Shown: positions 41,155 to 51,050, counted from the stretch's first letter. The stretch: 64,000 nt of DNA from Planctomycetota bacterium (GCA_965223845.1 CBDCXR010000004.1:6223857-6287856), one strand, 5' to 3'. The notes: generated by a model not told the origin, from the letters alone. A program made the numbers and translations.

Positions 41155-43605
41155 CTAACGCGCTTTCAGCTCGACCTCGAGTGTGACGCGCTCCTCGCCG
41201 CGGAGAACGGTGATCTCCACCTTGTCGCCGGGCTTGTGCTCCCGCAAGAAACCCGTCCAGTGCTGGACGTTTTCCACTTCCTTGCCGCCCCACTCGACGA
41301 GGACGTCCCCGGCCTTCACGCCGGCCGCCGCCGCCGCCGATCCGTCCCGAATGTCCTCGAAACGAACCCCTCGCGACTCGAAGGCGTAGTCCGGTACCGA
41401 GCCGAACGACACGCCGAACCCGCGCCGGGCGGGAAACTTCGCCGTCAGCGAGACGCTCTCGTCCCCCCGGGTGACCTCGATCTCGATCTCGCTCCCGGCT
41501 TCGACGGCGCGCACCGCGCGGACGAGATCGGCGACCGAGCGGACCGTCGTCTTCCCGAAGCGGTGGACGAGATCCCCCGCGCGGACGCCCGCTTTCTCGG
41601 CGACGGAATCGGTGACGACTTCGCGGACGAGGGCGCCGCGGCGAGCGTCGGCCGGCTGGAGGAGGACGCCGAGCTGCGGCCGATTGGAGCCCGAGGATGC
41701 GACCTGCGAGTGCGGGTTGAACACCGGGGCGGTGGGGGATGCGGCCAAGTTCTCCACCGTTGCGCGCACGAGATCCACGATCTTGGTGAGGCCATCGAGA
41801 TTGAGCGTCTCGAGGTCGTCCGTCGGACGATTGTAGTCGCGGTGCATCCCGGTGAAGAAGAAGAGCACGGGAATCTGCTCCGAGAGAAAAGGCGCGTGGT
41901 CCGAGCCGCCCCCGCCGGGTCCGCGCGCCGGCCGGGCCTCGATGCCCCCGACCGCTGCGGTGGCCTTGGCGAGGAGACCATCGAAGGCGGGCGAGCTGTC
42001 GGCGCCGATCACGCTCACGCCCACTGGGTCCGAGCCCTTGGCTCGGCCGATCATGTCGAGATTCACCATGGCCTTCACCTGGTGGAGCGGCGCGGGGCCG
42101 GCGGCGAGCTCGAGAGATTCGAGCGGGAGCCAACCGGAGCGCCCGGCGCTCGGCGCTTCGACCTCGAGCGAGCCGTGGGCGGGGCTCCGTGTCGCGACGA
42201 CCGTCGTCCCGGCGGAGAGCTCGACGCCCTCCTCCGCACCCGGGTGAGCGACGAGCTTCGCCGCCGAACGGAGGCGATAGCGCCGGGGCGAACGAACCCA
42301 GTGACGGCTTCCGAGGAGACCGATCTCCTCGCCGGAGAAGCAGAGAAAGAGCACGGATCGCCGCTCCTCGGCGCTCGCTCCGTCCGCCGCCGCGCCCGCG
42401 AGGACGCGCGCGACCTCGAGGATGCCGGCGGTCCCGCTCGCGTTGTCGTCGGCGCCATTGTGGATCGCACCGAAGTTCGATCGCTGCACTTGGTTTCCGA
42501 ACCGCCCGATGTGGTCGTAGTGCCCCCCGACGACGATCGTCTCGTCGGCGAGCTTGCCCGCGCCGGGTAGACGCGCCGCGACGTTTCGAAGGACGCGGTG
42601 GGCGGGGCGCGTTCCGAAGCGAAGCCGCACCCCGTCGAGCACGAAGCTGTTCGGCTTGGCCGAGGAGTCGATTCCCGCGACGACCGCCCCGAGGTCGTGC
42701 CCGCGCCCGCGAAAGAGTTCCGCGGCGACCTCGAAGGGGACGAGGATCGACGGCACGGTCGGGTGTCGTGGCGAGGCTCGACGGACGAATCCCTGGAGGT
42801 TCTGCACGCTATCGACTTCGCGTCCGGCGGAATCGTGGCCCGGCGGAGTCACGAAGACGACCCCGGCCGCCCCGCGCTGCCGCGCCGCCGCGAGTTTCGC
42901 GACGAACGGCGCGTGCGGACTGCGATTCCCGCCAAACTTCTCTCCGGGCGGAACGAAACGAAGAACGACGAGGATCTTTCCGGCGACGTCGAGCCCCGCG
43001 AAATCGTCGTACTCGCCGCCGTCGAGGCTCACGCCGTACCCGGCGAAGGCGAGCGGCGCGTCGACACTCGCGGATTCCCCGAACGCGATCGGGAACGCGT
43101 CCACCCACGCTTCCCAGGTGGTCTCGTCCTCCGTCTCGAAGTCGATCGCGACGCCGCGTCCGTCCGCGAACTCCGTCCCGTAGGGCGCAGTGAAGTAGTC
43201 GAAGTAGCTGCCGCGATCGCCGGCCGGCTCGAGACCGTAGGAGCGAAAGGTCTCGGCGAGATACTCCGCCGCGATCTCGAGCCCCGGTTCGCCGCTGTCG
43301 CGACCCGCGAGGAGATCGGCGGCGAGAAACTCGACGTGACGAGCGAGCTCGGCTCGCGCTACGGCCGGCGGGGGAGCGGGGGATGGCTCGTCGTCGGCGA
43401 ACGAGCGAGGGCTCGGGAGCGAGAGGAGCGAGCCGAGGGCAACGGCGACCGCGCACCGGCGCGAGACTGAAGCGCACGATGAGGGTGAGCGAATGACATC
43501 GCGGCGAGACGAGACGATCGATCGGTACACGTTGAATCCTCGCGAGGGAGCGGTGGGGATCGCCGCCGCGGGGCGGGGCGATTCCGCGGTACTTTGGCGG
43601 TACAT
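41155..43605 (-). CDS. M28-family peptidase (PA domain) with two C-terminal PDZ domains
   Basis: ETIVVGGHYDHIG, HNGADDNASGTAGILEVARVL and GGGSDHAPF are M28 Zn-ligand motifs. C-terminal PDZ cores: GALVREVVTDSVAEKAGVRAGDLV and GSAAAAAGVKAGDVLVEWGG. The exact start is uncertain, with a signal peptide around RRCAVAVALGSLLSLPSPRSFA. Confidence 0.75.
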   Translation of the reverse strand: MYRQSTAESPRPAAAIPTAPSRGFNVYRSIVSSRRDVIRSPSSCASVSRRCAVAVALGSLLSLPSPRSFADDEPSPAPPPAVARAELARHVEFLAADLLAGRDSGEPGLEIAAEYLAETFRSYGLEPAGDRGSYFDYFTAPYGTEFADGRGVAIDFETEDETTWEAWVDAFPIAFGESASVDAPLAFAGYGVSLDGGEYDDFAGLDVAGKILVVLRFVPPGEKFGGNRSPHAPFVAKLAAARQRGAAGVVFVTPPGHDSAGREVDSVQNLQGFVRRASPRHPTVPSILVPFEVAAELFRGRGHDLGAVVAGIDSSAKPNSFVLDGVRLRFGTRPAHRVLRNVAARLPGAGKLADETIVVGGHYDHIGRFGNQVQRSNFGAIHNGADDNASGTAGILEVARVLAGAAADGASAEERRSVLFLCFSGEEIGLLGSRHWVRSPRRYRLRSAAKLVAHPGAEEGVELSAGTTVVATRSPAHGSLEVEAPSAGRSGWLPLESLELAAGPAPLHQVKAMVNLDMIGRAKGSDPVGVSVIGADSSPAFDGLLAKATAAVGGIEARPARGPGGGGSDHAPFLSEQIPVLFFFTGMHRDYNRPTDDLETLNLDGLTKIVDLVRATVENLAASPTAPVFNPHSQVASSGSNRPQLGVLLQPADARRGALVREVVTDSVAEKAGVRAGDLVHRFGKTTVRSVADLVRAVRAVEAGSEIEIEVTRGDESVSLTAKFPARRGFGVSFGSVPDYAFESRGVRFEDIRDGSAAAAAGVKAGDVLVEWGGKEVENVQHWTGFLREHKPGDKVEITVLRGEERVTLEVELKAR

Positions 43606-43912
43606 TCCGAGGGGAAGATTTCAGTCGAACTCGGCGCGCGAATCGAAACTCCTCGCCGCGGTCCGAGCTCCTCGACAGATTGTAGTCGAGCGGTTCGGCC
43701 GGCGCTTCGAATCTAGTCTCTTCGAGAAGCGCGGTGCTCGTCTTGAGAGACCGCGCCGCGGGCGGCGGTCGGCGCGCCCGACGGGCCGGAAACTCTCGCC
43801 GATCGGAGCTCGCGGAAGCACCTCCCTGTATGATGCCATCGCTCGAAGCTGCCGCTATTCTTCGGCTGTCCGCCGCGTGGATGCCGACCCTTCCTCTTCC
43901 CCGAATCGCCCT

Positions 43913-44881
43913 GTGACCGTCGTTGCCGTCCACAATCCGAGCTCTCGGCGGGGACGCGAGGTCGCCGAGCGATTCCGCCGCCGCGCGGGCGAGCTGGAGG
44001 TCGAAGTCCAGTGGATCGAGATCGCCGCGCTCGCCAGCGCCTCTCCGCCGGCCGAGCGGGTGGTCGCCATCGGGGGAGACGGAACGGTCAACGCGGCCTG
44101 CGATTGGCTGCGGCGAACGGGCGGGGCGGGGCCGGTCGCGATCGTGCCGGCCGGCACGGGGAACAACCTCGCCCGCGGTCTCGCGATCCCGCTCGAGGTT
44201 GATGCCGCCTTCGACGTCGCGCTCACGAGCGCTGCGACGGCGCCGATCGATGCGATTCTCTACCGCCTCGCCGCGACCGGGGAAGAACGCATCGCGATTC
44301 AGATCACGGCTCTCGGGTTTCCGGCGGAGGTCGCCGAGCGGTACGACGAGCTGCGCGCGCGCCCGTGGTTTCGTCGGCTCGCCGCGCCGCTCGGTCCCTA
44401 CGTCTACCGCTTGCTCGCGCTCGGCGCGATCCGGCGGCAACGCCGGCGCGAGCGCGCAGGCGAGCTCGCGCGCGTCACGGCGACGTTTCCCGAGGGGTCG
44501 TTCGAGGGGACGGCCGCGGCGGTGTTCGCGGGAAACGAGTGCTCGCTCGGGGGCAATTTCATCCCTTGCCCTCGCGCGAGGCTCGACGACGGCCGACTCG
44601 ACCTCTGCATCCTCCGCTCGGGCACCGAAGTGGGATACTTGAAGCTGTTCGGTGCGGTCGCGAAGGGCGAGCACCTCCGCTACAAGGACGCCGTCTTCTA
44701 CGCCCAGAGCACCGGACCGGTGACGATCGCGACCGACCGCGCGGGACCGCTCCTCAGTGACGGCGATCTCTGGCTCCGCGGCGATGCGTTCGAACTCGAA
44801 GTTCTCCCGCGCGCGTTCGCGATCGTCGTACCTCCGGTCGCGAAGGAGCCGACGACCGGGACATCTCGAGCGGAGAATTGA
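43913..44881 (+). CDS. DAGK-catalytic-domain lipid kinase (YegS/BmrU-like)
   Basis: VTVVAVHNPSS...VVAIGGDGTVNAACDWL...VAIVPAGTGNNLAR is the diacylglycerol-kinase catalytic signature. The start is assigned to the GTG. Upstream, the track ORF overlaps the 5' end of the M28 gene on the other strand. Confidence 0.6.
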   Translation: MTVVAVHNPSSRRGREVAERFRRRAGELEVEVQWIEIAALASASPPAERVVAIGGDGTVNAACDWLRRTGGAGPVAIVPAGTGNNLARGLAIPLEVDAAFDVALTSAATAPIDAILYRLAATGEERIAIQITALGFPAEVAERYDELRARPWFRRLAAPLGPYVYRLLALGAIRRQRRRERAGELARVTATFPEGSFEGTAAAVFAGNECSLGGNFIPCPRARLDDGRLDLCILRSGTEVGYLKLFGAVAKGEHLRYKDAVFYAQSTGPVTIATDRAGPLLSDGDLWLRGDAFELEVLPRAFAIVVPPVAKEPTTGTSRAEN

Positions 44882-44981
44882 ACGGCGGTCGCGCGCAGGT
44901 CGGCAGACGGCGTTTCGGGTACAATTCCCCCGCGCTGGAGCCACGCGATTCATTCTCTTCGTTCGATTCTGCGGAGCGATC

Positions 44982-45515
44982 GTGACCGATCTTCCCGTTC
45001 CCCGAGAGCTGACCGCCGACGAGCGCCGTCTCGTCGAGGCAGCGCGAGAGAAGGCTCGCGTTCTCTACGAGGGCCGCCGCGTCCCGCACCGGAGCTGCGG
45101 CATCGCGCTCGCCGAAACCTTCAATCTCCCGGCGAGTCCCTACCAATCGCTCCGCCGCGGAGGAATCACGGGCGCGGGTGAATGCGGGGCGATCAAGGCG
45201 GGGGAGCTCGTCCTCGGCGAGTACTTCGGCGATCCGGATCCCGCCGGTCCCGTGACGCCATCTCTCCGCGCCGCCGCTTCCCACTACCGTTCGCTCTGGG
45301 AGAGCGGACTCGACCGGGGGCCGGGCGGAGCAAAGGGCAGCATCGTTTGTAACGACCTCACCGCGCCGCACGGCGAATTCACCGGCTCGGCGCGTCAGTC
45401 GTTTTGCACGTCGCTCGCCGCCGGAGTGGCCGCGGCGGTCGCCGAGACTCTCCTCGCGTTCGGCGCGGAGTTCGACGTGACACCGATCCCGGAGCTCGCC
45501 GACGAACCCGGGTGA
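44982..45515 (+). CDS. C_GCAxxG_C_C family putative redox-active protein
   Basis: RSCGIALAETF...GGITGAGECGAIKAGELVLG...CNDLT fits the family's Cys pattern. The GTG start is preceded by GGAG. Confidence 0.6.
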   Translation: MTDLPVPRELTADERRLVEAAREKARVLYEGRRVPHRSCGIALAETFNLPASPYQSLRRGGITGAGECGAIKAGELVLGEYFGDPDPAGPVTPSLRAAASHYRSLWESGLDRGPGGAKGSIVCNDLTAPHGEFTGSARQSFCTSLAAGVAAAVAETLLAFGAEFDVTPIPELADEPG

Positions 45516-45641
45516 TCGATTCCTGCGCCGACCGAGGACCGCCGAGCCCCGCGTACCGCTTCCGCCGCGGCCCGCCCCTTCCCGACCTCTTTCAACGAAA
45601 GATCCGAGCATGAGCGTCTCGACGATGCAGCGGCGACGGCC

Positions 45642-46886
45642 ATGAACATTCGTGCGAACTCCCGCGAAGCGAACGGAATGCGCGCGGCGGCCGTCGTCAG
45701 CACTGAAGCGGACACGCTCGCCGCCGGAGTCGAGGTTGCGAGTGCGATCCGTGCGGCCTTCCCTTCCGCGCCGATCGATCTCGCCTGCCTCTTCATCACG
45801 CCTCAGCATGCGCGTCGTCTCGAGGAGGTCGTCGCCGCGATTCACCGCGATGTCGCTCCCCGCCACCTCATCGGCTGCACCGCCGAGAGCGTCGTCGCCG
45901 GCGAGCGGGAGTTCGAGCAGTGCGCGGCGATCTCTCTCTGGGCCGCGAGTTTTCCGCCGGGTGCCGTCGTCGAGACCGCGCACGTTCGTGCGGAGGAGAC
46001 GCCGGACGGCCTCGCGTTCGTCGGCCTTCCGAGCTTGGACCCTCCCGACCGGTCGGCGCTCCTCCTCTTCGGCGAGCCGTTTTCGTTTCGCATCGATGAA
46101 TGGCTCCGGCGCTTCGGGGAAGACCACGCCGGCGTGCCCGTCTTCGGCGGGATGGCCAGCGGATCGCGGCGACCCGGCGAGAACCGCCTCTTCCTCGGCG
46201 GTCGAGTGGCCGTCCACGGTGCCGTCGTCGCCAAGCTCGGAGGAACCGTGTCGGTGCGAGGGGTGGTCTCGCAAGGTTGCCGCCCGTTCGGCGAAAAGTT
46301 CGTCGTCACACGCGCGGACGGATCCCTCGTCTTCGAGATCGGAGGCGTCCCGGCGCTCGAGCGGCTGAAGGAGCAAGCCTCGCGCCTCTCGCCGACGGAG
46401 CTCGACCGACTGAGCGGCGGCGTTCACCTCGGCATCGCGATCGACCCGAGAAAGTCGCGGCCGACGCGGGGCGACTTCCTCGTCCGCAACATCGTCGGCT
46501 GGGATGACGAGCGAGGCCTCATCGCGGTAGCGGACGCCGTGCGGCCGGGAGCGACCGTTCAGTTTCACTTGCGCGACGCCGAGGCGGCATCCGAAGATCT
46601 CGCCGATCTCCTCGACGTCGCCTCGACGGGTGGCGACCCCGTCGGGGGCCTGCTCTTCAGCTGCAACGGTCGCGGATCCCGGCTCTTCGACGCCCCGGAT
46701 CACGATGCCGGTCATGTGAGCCGGCGCTTCGATGCGCTCCCGCTCGGCGGTTTTTTCGCGGCGGGCGAGCTCGGTCCGATCGCGGGGCGGAACTTTCTTC
46801 ATGGCTTTACGGCGAGTGCGGCGCTCTTCGAGCCGTTGGTCGCGCCGACGTCATCGCCGAAACCCCCCGGAACTTCGAACGAATGA
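45642..46886 (+). CDS. FIST (N- and C-domain) sensory protein
   Basis: Two-part architecture ending ...GGFFAAGELGPIAGRNFLHGFTAS, typical of the FIST_C domain. Its stop overlaps the next start as ATGA. Confidence 0.55.
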   Translation: MNIRANSREANGMRAAAVVSTEADTLAAGVEVASAIRAAFPSAPIDLACLFITPQHARRLEEVVAAIHRDVAPRHLIGCTAESVVAGEREFEQCAAISLWAASFPPGAVVETAHVRAEETPDGLAFVGLPSLDPPDRSALLLFGEPFSFRIDEWLRRFGEDHAGVPVFGGMASGSRRPGENRLFLGGRVAVHGAVVAKLGGTVSVRGVVSQGCRPFGEKFVVTRADGSLVFEIGGVPALERLKEQASRLSPTELDRLSGGVHLGIAIDPRKSRPTRGDFLVRNIVGWDDERGLIAVADAVRPGATVQFHLRDAEAASEDLADLLDVASTGGDPVGGLLFSCNGRGSRLFDAPDHDAGHVSRRFDALPLGGFFAAGELGPIAGRNFLHGFTASAALFEPLVAPTSSPKPPGTSNE

Positions 46887-48064
46887 ATCACCTCGAACCA
46901 CGCGGTCGGCTTCTTCTCGGGCCCGGACCGTCCTCCGTTCACCCGCGAGTCTCCGAAGCGCTCGCCAAGCCGCTCGTCGGGCACCTCGACCCGCAGTTTC
47001 TCGCGATCATGAACGAGACGCAGGCGCTGCTTCGCCAGACGTTTCGGACCGAAAATCGGCTGACGATTTCGGTCTCCGGGACGGGAAGCGCCGGCATGGA
47101 GGCTGCCTTCGTCAATCTCGTCGAGCCGGGGGACACCGTGCTCGTCTGCGTCAACGGCGTTTTCGGAAACCGGATGAGCGACATCGTCGAGCGGATCGGC
47201 GGTCGGCTCGAACGGATCGATCGTCCGTGGGGTGAGGTGTTCGATCCCGCCGAGGTCGAGAGCGCGCTCGAACGAAATCCGTCGATTAGCGTAGTTGCTA
47301 TCGTCCACGCAGAAACCTCTACGGGTGCACATCAACCCCTCGAAGCCATCGCGACTCTCTGTCGCGAGCGCGGCGTGCTCCTTCTCGTCGACGCGGTGAC
47401 GTCGCTCGGAGGAGAAGAGCTCGACATCGACGGGTGGGGGATCGACGTCTGTTACAGTGGCACGCAGAAGTGCCTCAGTTGTCCGCCGGGGCTGGCGCCC
47501 GTGACGTTCGGGCCGCGCGCCGAGGAGAAGCTCGCGGCGCGGAAGTCGAAGGTCGTGAGCTGGTATCTCGACTTGACGATGATCCAGAAGTACTGGACGG
47601 ACGGCGAGCGCGTCTACCACCACACCGCACCGATCGCGATGAACTACGGGCTCCACGCGGCGCTTCAGCTCGTCGCGGAGGAAGGGCTCGACGCGCGGAT
47701 CGCTCGACATCGCCGCAATAGCGCCGCTCTCCTGAGCGGGCTCACCGCGCTCGGTTTTCGCATGTTCGCGGCGGAGGGATATCGGCTGCCGATGCTGAAT
47801 TCGGTTTGGCTCCCCGAGGGCGTCGAGGATGCGCCTACGCGAAAGCGGCTTCTCGAGACGCACAATATCGAGGTCGGCGCCGGCCTCGGGGATCTCGCCG
47901 GGAAGATCTGGCGCATCGGGCTCATGGGTGAGTCGAGCCGGCGCGAACACGTGCTTCGATTCCTCGCTGCGCTCGAGAGCGAGCTCTACGAGGCGGGGCA
48001 CTCGGACCGAGTGGGCGCGGGGATCGAGGCGGCGGTGGCGTCGTATCGTAGCGCCGGGAATTGA
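46883..48064 (+). CDS. Class V aminotransferase (alanine-glyoxylate / serine-pyruvate aminotransferase family)
   Basis: LLLGPGPSSVHPRV, SGTGSAGMEAA, and the PLP region ...DVCYSGTQKCLSCPPGLAPVTF with the Lys in SGTQK. Confidence 0.9.
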   Translation: MNHLEPRGRLLLGPGPSSVHPRVSEALAKPLVGHLDPQFLAIMNETQALLRQTFRTENRLTISVSGTGSAGMEAAFVNLVEPGDTVLVCVNGVFGNRMSDIVERIGGRLERIDRPWGEVFDPAEVESALERNPSISVVAIVHAETSTGAHQPLEAIATLCRERGVLLLVDAVTSLGGEELDIDGWGIDVCYSGTQKCLSCPPGLAPVTFGPRAEEKLAARKSKVVSWYLDLTMIQKYWTDGERVYHHTAPIAMNYGLHAALQLVAEEGLDARIARHRRNSAALLSGLTALGFRMFAAEGYRLPMLNSVWLPEGVEDAPTRKRLLETHNIEVGAGLGDLAGKIWRIGLMGESSRREHVLRFLAALESELYEAGHSDRVGAGIEAAVASYRSAGN

Positions 48065-48191
48065 ATCGATTCTGGTGAGGGACGGCGGGGCGGGCGTAGA
48101 CTCTAAGCGATGTCCGCCGGAGCTCCGCCGACACTCGGATCGGACTTCCTCCGGCGAGCTCGAGTTACGCGATCTTCCGGAAAGGAATTCC

Positions 48192-48917
48192 ATGACGACG
48201 ATCGAGACGAGACCCGCGCGGTGGCTCACCGCGGCCCTCGCGATCGCGCTCGCCGCTCCCGCGGCGTGGGCGGGCGACGAGAAGGAGGGTAAGGCGAAGG
48301 GAAAAGACAAAACGAAGACCGCCGCGACCGTCCACGGCTTCAAAGTGAAGACGATCGACGGGAAGAAGTTCGATCTGCGGACGCTCAAGGGTCGCGTCCT
48401 CATGCTCGTCAACGTCGCGAGCCGGTGAGGCCTCACGGACAAGCAGTACTCGAGTCTCGAGTCGCTCCACCGCAAGTACAAAGATCGTGGCCTCGATGTC
48501 CTCGCCTTCCCCGCCAACAACTTCGGCGGGCAGGAGCCGGGAACGAACCTCCAGATCAGGGAGTTCTGCGCGAAGAAGAACGTTTCCTTCCGTCTCTTCG
48601 AGAAGATCTCCGTGAAGGGCGAGGACGCGCATCCGCTCTATAGGTTCATCACCAACGAGAAGATGCACCCGAAGACGGGCGGCGACGTGAGGTGGAACTT
48701 TCAAAAGTTCCTCGTCGGTGCGGACGGTAAGGTCCTCGCTCGCTTCGAGCCGCGTGAAGATCCCCTCGGCGAGAAAGTGCTCGCGAAGCTCGAGGACGCG
48801 CTGAAGAGCGTTCCGGAAGAGAAGCGCCCGGCCGACAGCGTTAAGCCCAAGAAAGCCGAGGGAAAGGACAAGAAGAAGGCGGAGAAGGAGAAGACGGCCG
48901 GCGGGAAGAAGGACTAG
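48192..48917 (+). CDS. Secreted glutathione peroxidase with an in-frame TGA at the catalytic Cys/Sec position: a probable selenoprotein
   Basis: Start MTTIETRPARWLTAALAIALAAPAAWA (signal peptide, AAGGA RBS). One frame is open from 48192 to 48917 apart from a single TGA at 48426-48428. The residues around it, LMLVNVASR-[TGA]-GLTDKQYSSLESLHRKYKDRGLDVLAFPANNFGGQEPG...FCAKKNVSFRLFEKISVKGEDAHPLYRFI, match GPx NVAS(K/R)(C/U)G(L/F)T. The C-terminal tail is Lys-rich. Confidence 0.75.
48429..48480 (+). ncRNA. Candidate bacterial SECIS-like stem-loops just downstream of the in-frame UGA
   Basis: The palindrome GUGAGGCCUCAC overlaps the UGA. 17-30 nt further on is the hairpin ACUCGAG-UC-UCGAGU. It is unknown which, if either, functions as a SECIS. 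Confidence 0.3.
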
Positions 48918-49003
48918 ACCGAGGGAGATCGGTCCCGGGGGCGAGCGGTGCTGCGAAGGCACGGTTCGCCCCCGGTTTTTCGTTCAAGAGTGGAGCCGGA
49001 TCG

Positions 49004-49480
49004 ATGACTGAGACGCGGCTCACGCGCTCCGCCTACGAGGCGATGGCGGCCCGCGCGCGCGCGGACTACCCGGAAGAGACCTGTGGTTTCGTGTTCTCGA
49101 GCGGCGACGAGCTCCTCGTCGTCCCGATGGAGAATATTCAGAACCGCCTCCACGCCGAGGATCCGGAGACCCACCCGCGCACGGCGCGGCGAGCGTACTG
49201 CTTCGACCCGGTCGAAATGCAGCGTGTCATGGACGCGCACGAGGCGGCGGAACGGCCGCTCCGCTGCATCTACCATTCGCATCCGGACGAAGACTCCTAC
49301 TTCTCCGAAACGGACAGCGCCGCGGCCGCTCCATTCGGCGAGCCGAGCTACCCGGACGTCGTCCACCTCGTCTTCAGCGTGCGCGAAGGCAAGGTCGTCG
49401 ATCTGAAAGCGTTCGACTGGTCGGCGGACGAGGAGAGGTTCGTCGAGGCTCCGCTCGTCGTGACCGACGCGCCCGACTGA
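49004..49480 (+). CDS. Mov34/MPN/PAD-1 (JAMM metalloprotease) family protein
   Basis: EETCGFVFS...CIYHSHPDEDSYFSETD matches the JAMM motif E-x(n)-H-x-H-x(7)-S-x(2)-D. Confidence 0.7.
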   Translation: MTETRLTRSAYEAMAARARADYPEETCGFVFSSGDELLVVPMENIQNRLHAEDPETHPRTARRAYCFDPVEMQRVMDAHEAAERPLRCIYHSHPDEDSYFSETDSAAAAPFGEPSYPDVVHLVFSVREGKVVDLKAFDWSADEERFVEAPLVVTDAPD

Positions 49481-49817
49481 CGACCGACTCGACGCGAGAG
49501 CGTTGTCTCGAATTCGTGCATCCGGGCGACATGACGTGTCGGCTGCCTGGCGTCCGGCGAGACGCCGCCGCGACCTAAATCGCGGCGAGCGCACCGTTAT
49601 CGACACTCGAGTCCCGCCGTGCCGATTCTCCGGGACCGTCCGAGTTCTACCCGACGCGCCCTGGGGAACTTACGTCGACCGCGCGGGTGCCTTCAGGTCG
49701 GTTGGCAGCATCGCGTCGGCGATGGAACACTTGACGGGGAAACGTGATCGAGTGGTCGATTCGTTTGCGCGAGCACTCTCGTCGCGCGGGGTAGGCATCG
49801 AATTGAGGACCGCGATC

Positions 49818-50492
49818 ATGAACCGAATCCGTTTTCGTCTCGAGCGCGAGAGGGGCTTCACGCTGATCGAGACCACTATCGTGTTCGGCGTCTCCATCGT
49901 GTTCCTCGCCGGGGTCGTCACCGCGTTCTCTGGCCTTCAGGGCGCGGTGGTCGAAGGCCAGACAATCTCGGAGCTTCAGCTTCGCTCCCAGCGCGCGCTC
50001 GATCGGATCGTGACGGCGGCGAGCCAAGCGCTGACGACCGACAGCGAGTTCTCGGCGCTCAAGCCGAACACCGGAGTCGACTCCCACTGCTTGCGATTCC
50101 GGCTTCTCGACTCCGTCGATCCGCTGACCGGCGCCCTCGTCTTCAACGGCGACAACGTCTACATCTACGGCCCCGACAGCGGCGCGAACCCCTCGGCCGG
50201 CCTCGTGATGGGCCGCGGCACGAGCCTCGCAAACGTCCACGGAAACGGGAGCGGGTCGGACGGCGTTCTCGGAACGAGGGACGACAACACCGGAGCGATG
50301 ACGAACGGTGTCCCGGTCGTCGAACTCCTCATCCCCGATACGTTCGCACCGCAGACGGGGACGATGTTCGAGGTCGACGTGAACGGGCGCCTGCTCACGT
50401 TCACGCTTCGTGTGAACGCCCAAGACGCGAACGGGCAGTTCATTCTCCCCCAAGATCTCGTCTTTACCGAGCGCGTCGCGCTTCGACGCTAA
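49818..50492 (+). CDS. Type II secretion / type IV pilin-like pseudopilin with a prepilin N-terminal cleavage/methylation domain
   Basis: Start MNRIRFRLERERGFTLIETTIVFGVSIVFLAGVV: G-F-T-L-I-E with Glu at +5 and a hydrophobic helix. GAGGA RBS. Confidence 0.65.
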   Translation: MNRIRFRLERERGFTLIETTIVFGVSIVFLAGVVTAFSGLQGAVVEGQTISELQLRSQRALDRIVTAASQALTTDSEFSALKPNTGVDSHCLRFRLLDSVDPLTGALVFNGDNVYIYGPDSGANPSAGLVMGRGTSLANVHGNGSGSDGVLGTRDDNTGAMTNGVPVVELLIPDTFAPQTGTMFEVDVNGRLLTFTLRVNAQDANGQFILPQDLVFTERVALRR

Positions 50493-50522
50493 ACGTAGGT
50501 TCATCGTCGCGGAGGCAATTCT

Positions 50523-51050
50523 GTGAGCACCAGCCCGTTCCGAGCACGATTCGACTCCACGACCGGCCTCACTCTGGTCGAGGTGACGGTCGCGATCACC
50601 GTGTTCGTCGTTACGGCGCTCGGGGTCGGAGCCGCGCTTACGGACGGGATCCAGCACCGGCAGCAGTCGTTTCAGATCTACCAGGGGCTGAACGTTCTCC
50701 GCGACATCGTCGCCGAGGTGCAAAACACCGCGAACCTTCCGCAGAACCTCGTCGCCCAGGAGGGCATCGGTGCGATCTACGACGTCTATCAAGGTCAGAC
50801 GCGCGCCGTGCCGAATCTGCCCAACGCTCAGGTCGTCATCACCTGCTTTCCGAGCGAAGCTTCCGTTCCACTCGAGCTCGGCGGTCCGCAGGATCTCAAC
50901 TTCGATGGCGACGCCGTCGACGACCTCGGCAACATCTCGAACGGAAGTGATCTCAAGATCGTCCCGATGATGTTCACGCTCACGATGGGCACGGGAAAGA
51001 CGAGCCAGACGATCACGTTTCACCGATTGATTACGAAGACGACCGATTGA
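50523..51050 (+). CDS. Pseudopilin (prepilin-type N-terminal domain)
   Basis: GTG start. ...FDSTTGLTLVEVTVAITVFVVTALGV: G-L-T-L-V-E with Glu at +5. Confidence 0.6.
   Translation: MSTSPFRARFDSTTGLTLVEVTVAITVFVVTALGVGAALTDGIQHRQQSFQIYQGLNVLRDIVAEVQNTANLPQNLVAQEGIGAIYDVYQGQTRAVPNLPNAQVVITCFPSEASVPLELGGPQDLNFDGDAVDDLGNISNGSDLKIVPMMFTLTMGTGKTSQTITFHRLITKTTD

Noticed and set aside
42809-44953. 714-aa minus-strand ORF and the N-terminal 140 aa of ORF 43493..44881
   Set aside because: Low-complexity Arg-rich translation overlapping the M28 peptidase start and the lipid kinase gene. The lipid kinase is annotated from its GTG at 43913 instead.
48426-48428. TGA in GPx interpreted as a simple premature stop (pseudogene)
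   Set aside because: The stop sits exactly at the catalytic Cys/Sec column, the downstream reading frame remains perfectly intact with conserved GPx motifs, and hairpins follow the UGA. Selenocysteine recoding is more parsimonious. A pseudogene or sequencing error cannot be excluded without the Sec machinery.
48165-48962. 265-aa minus-strand ORF antisense to the GPx gene
   Set aside because: Leu/Arg-rich with no motifs. The plus strand carries a clear GPx with signal peptide and RBS.
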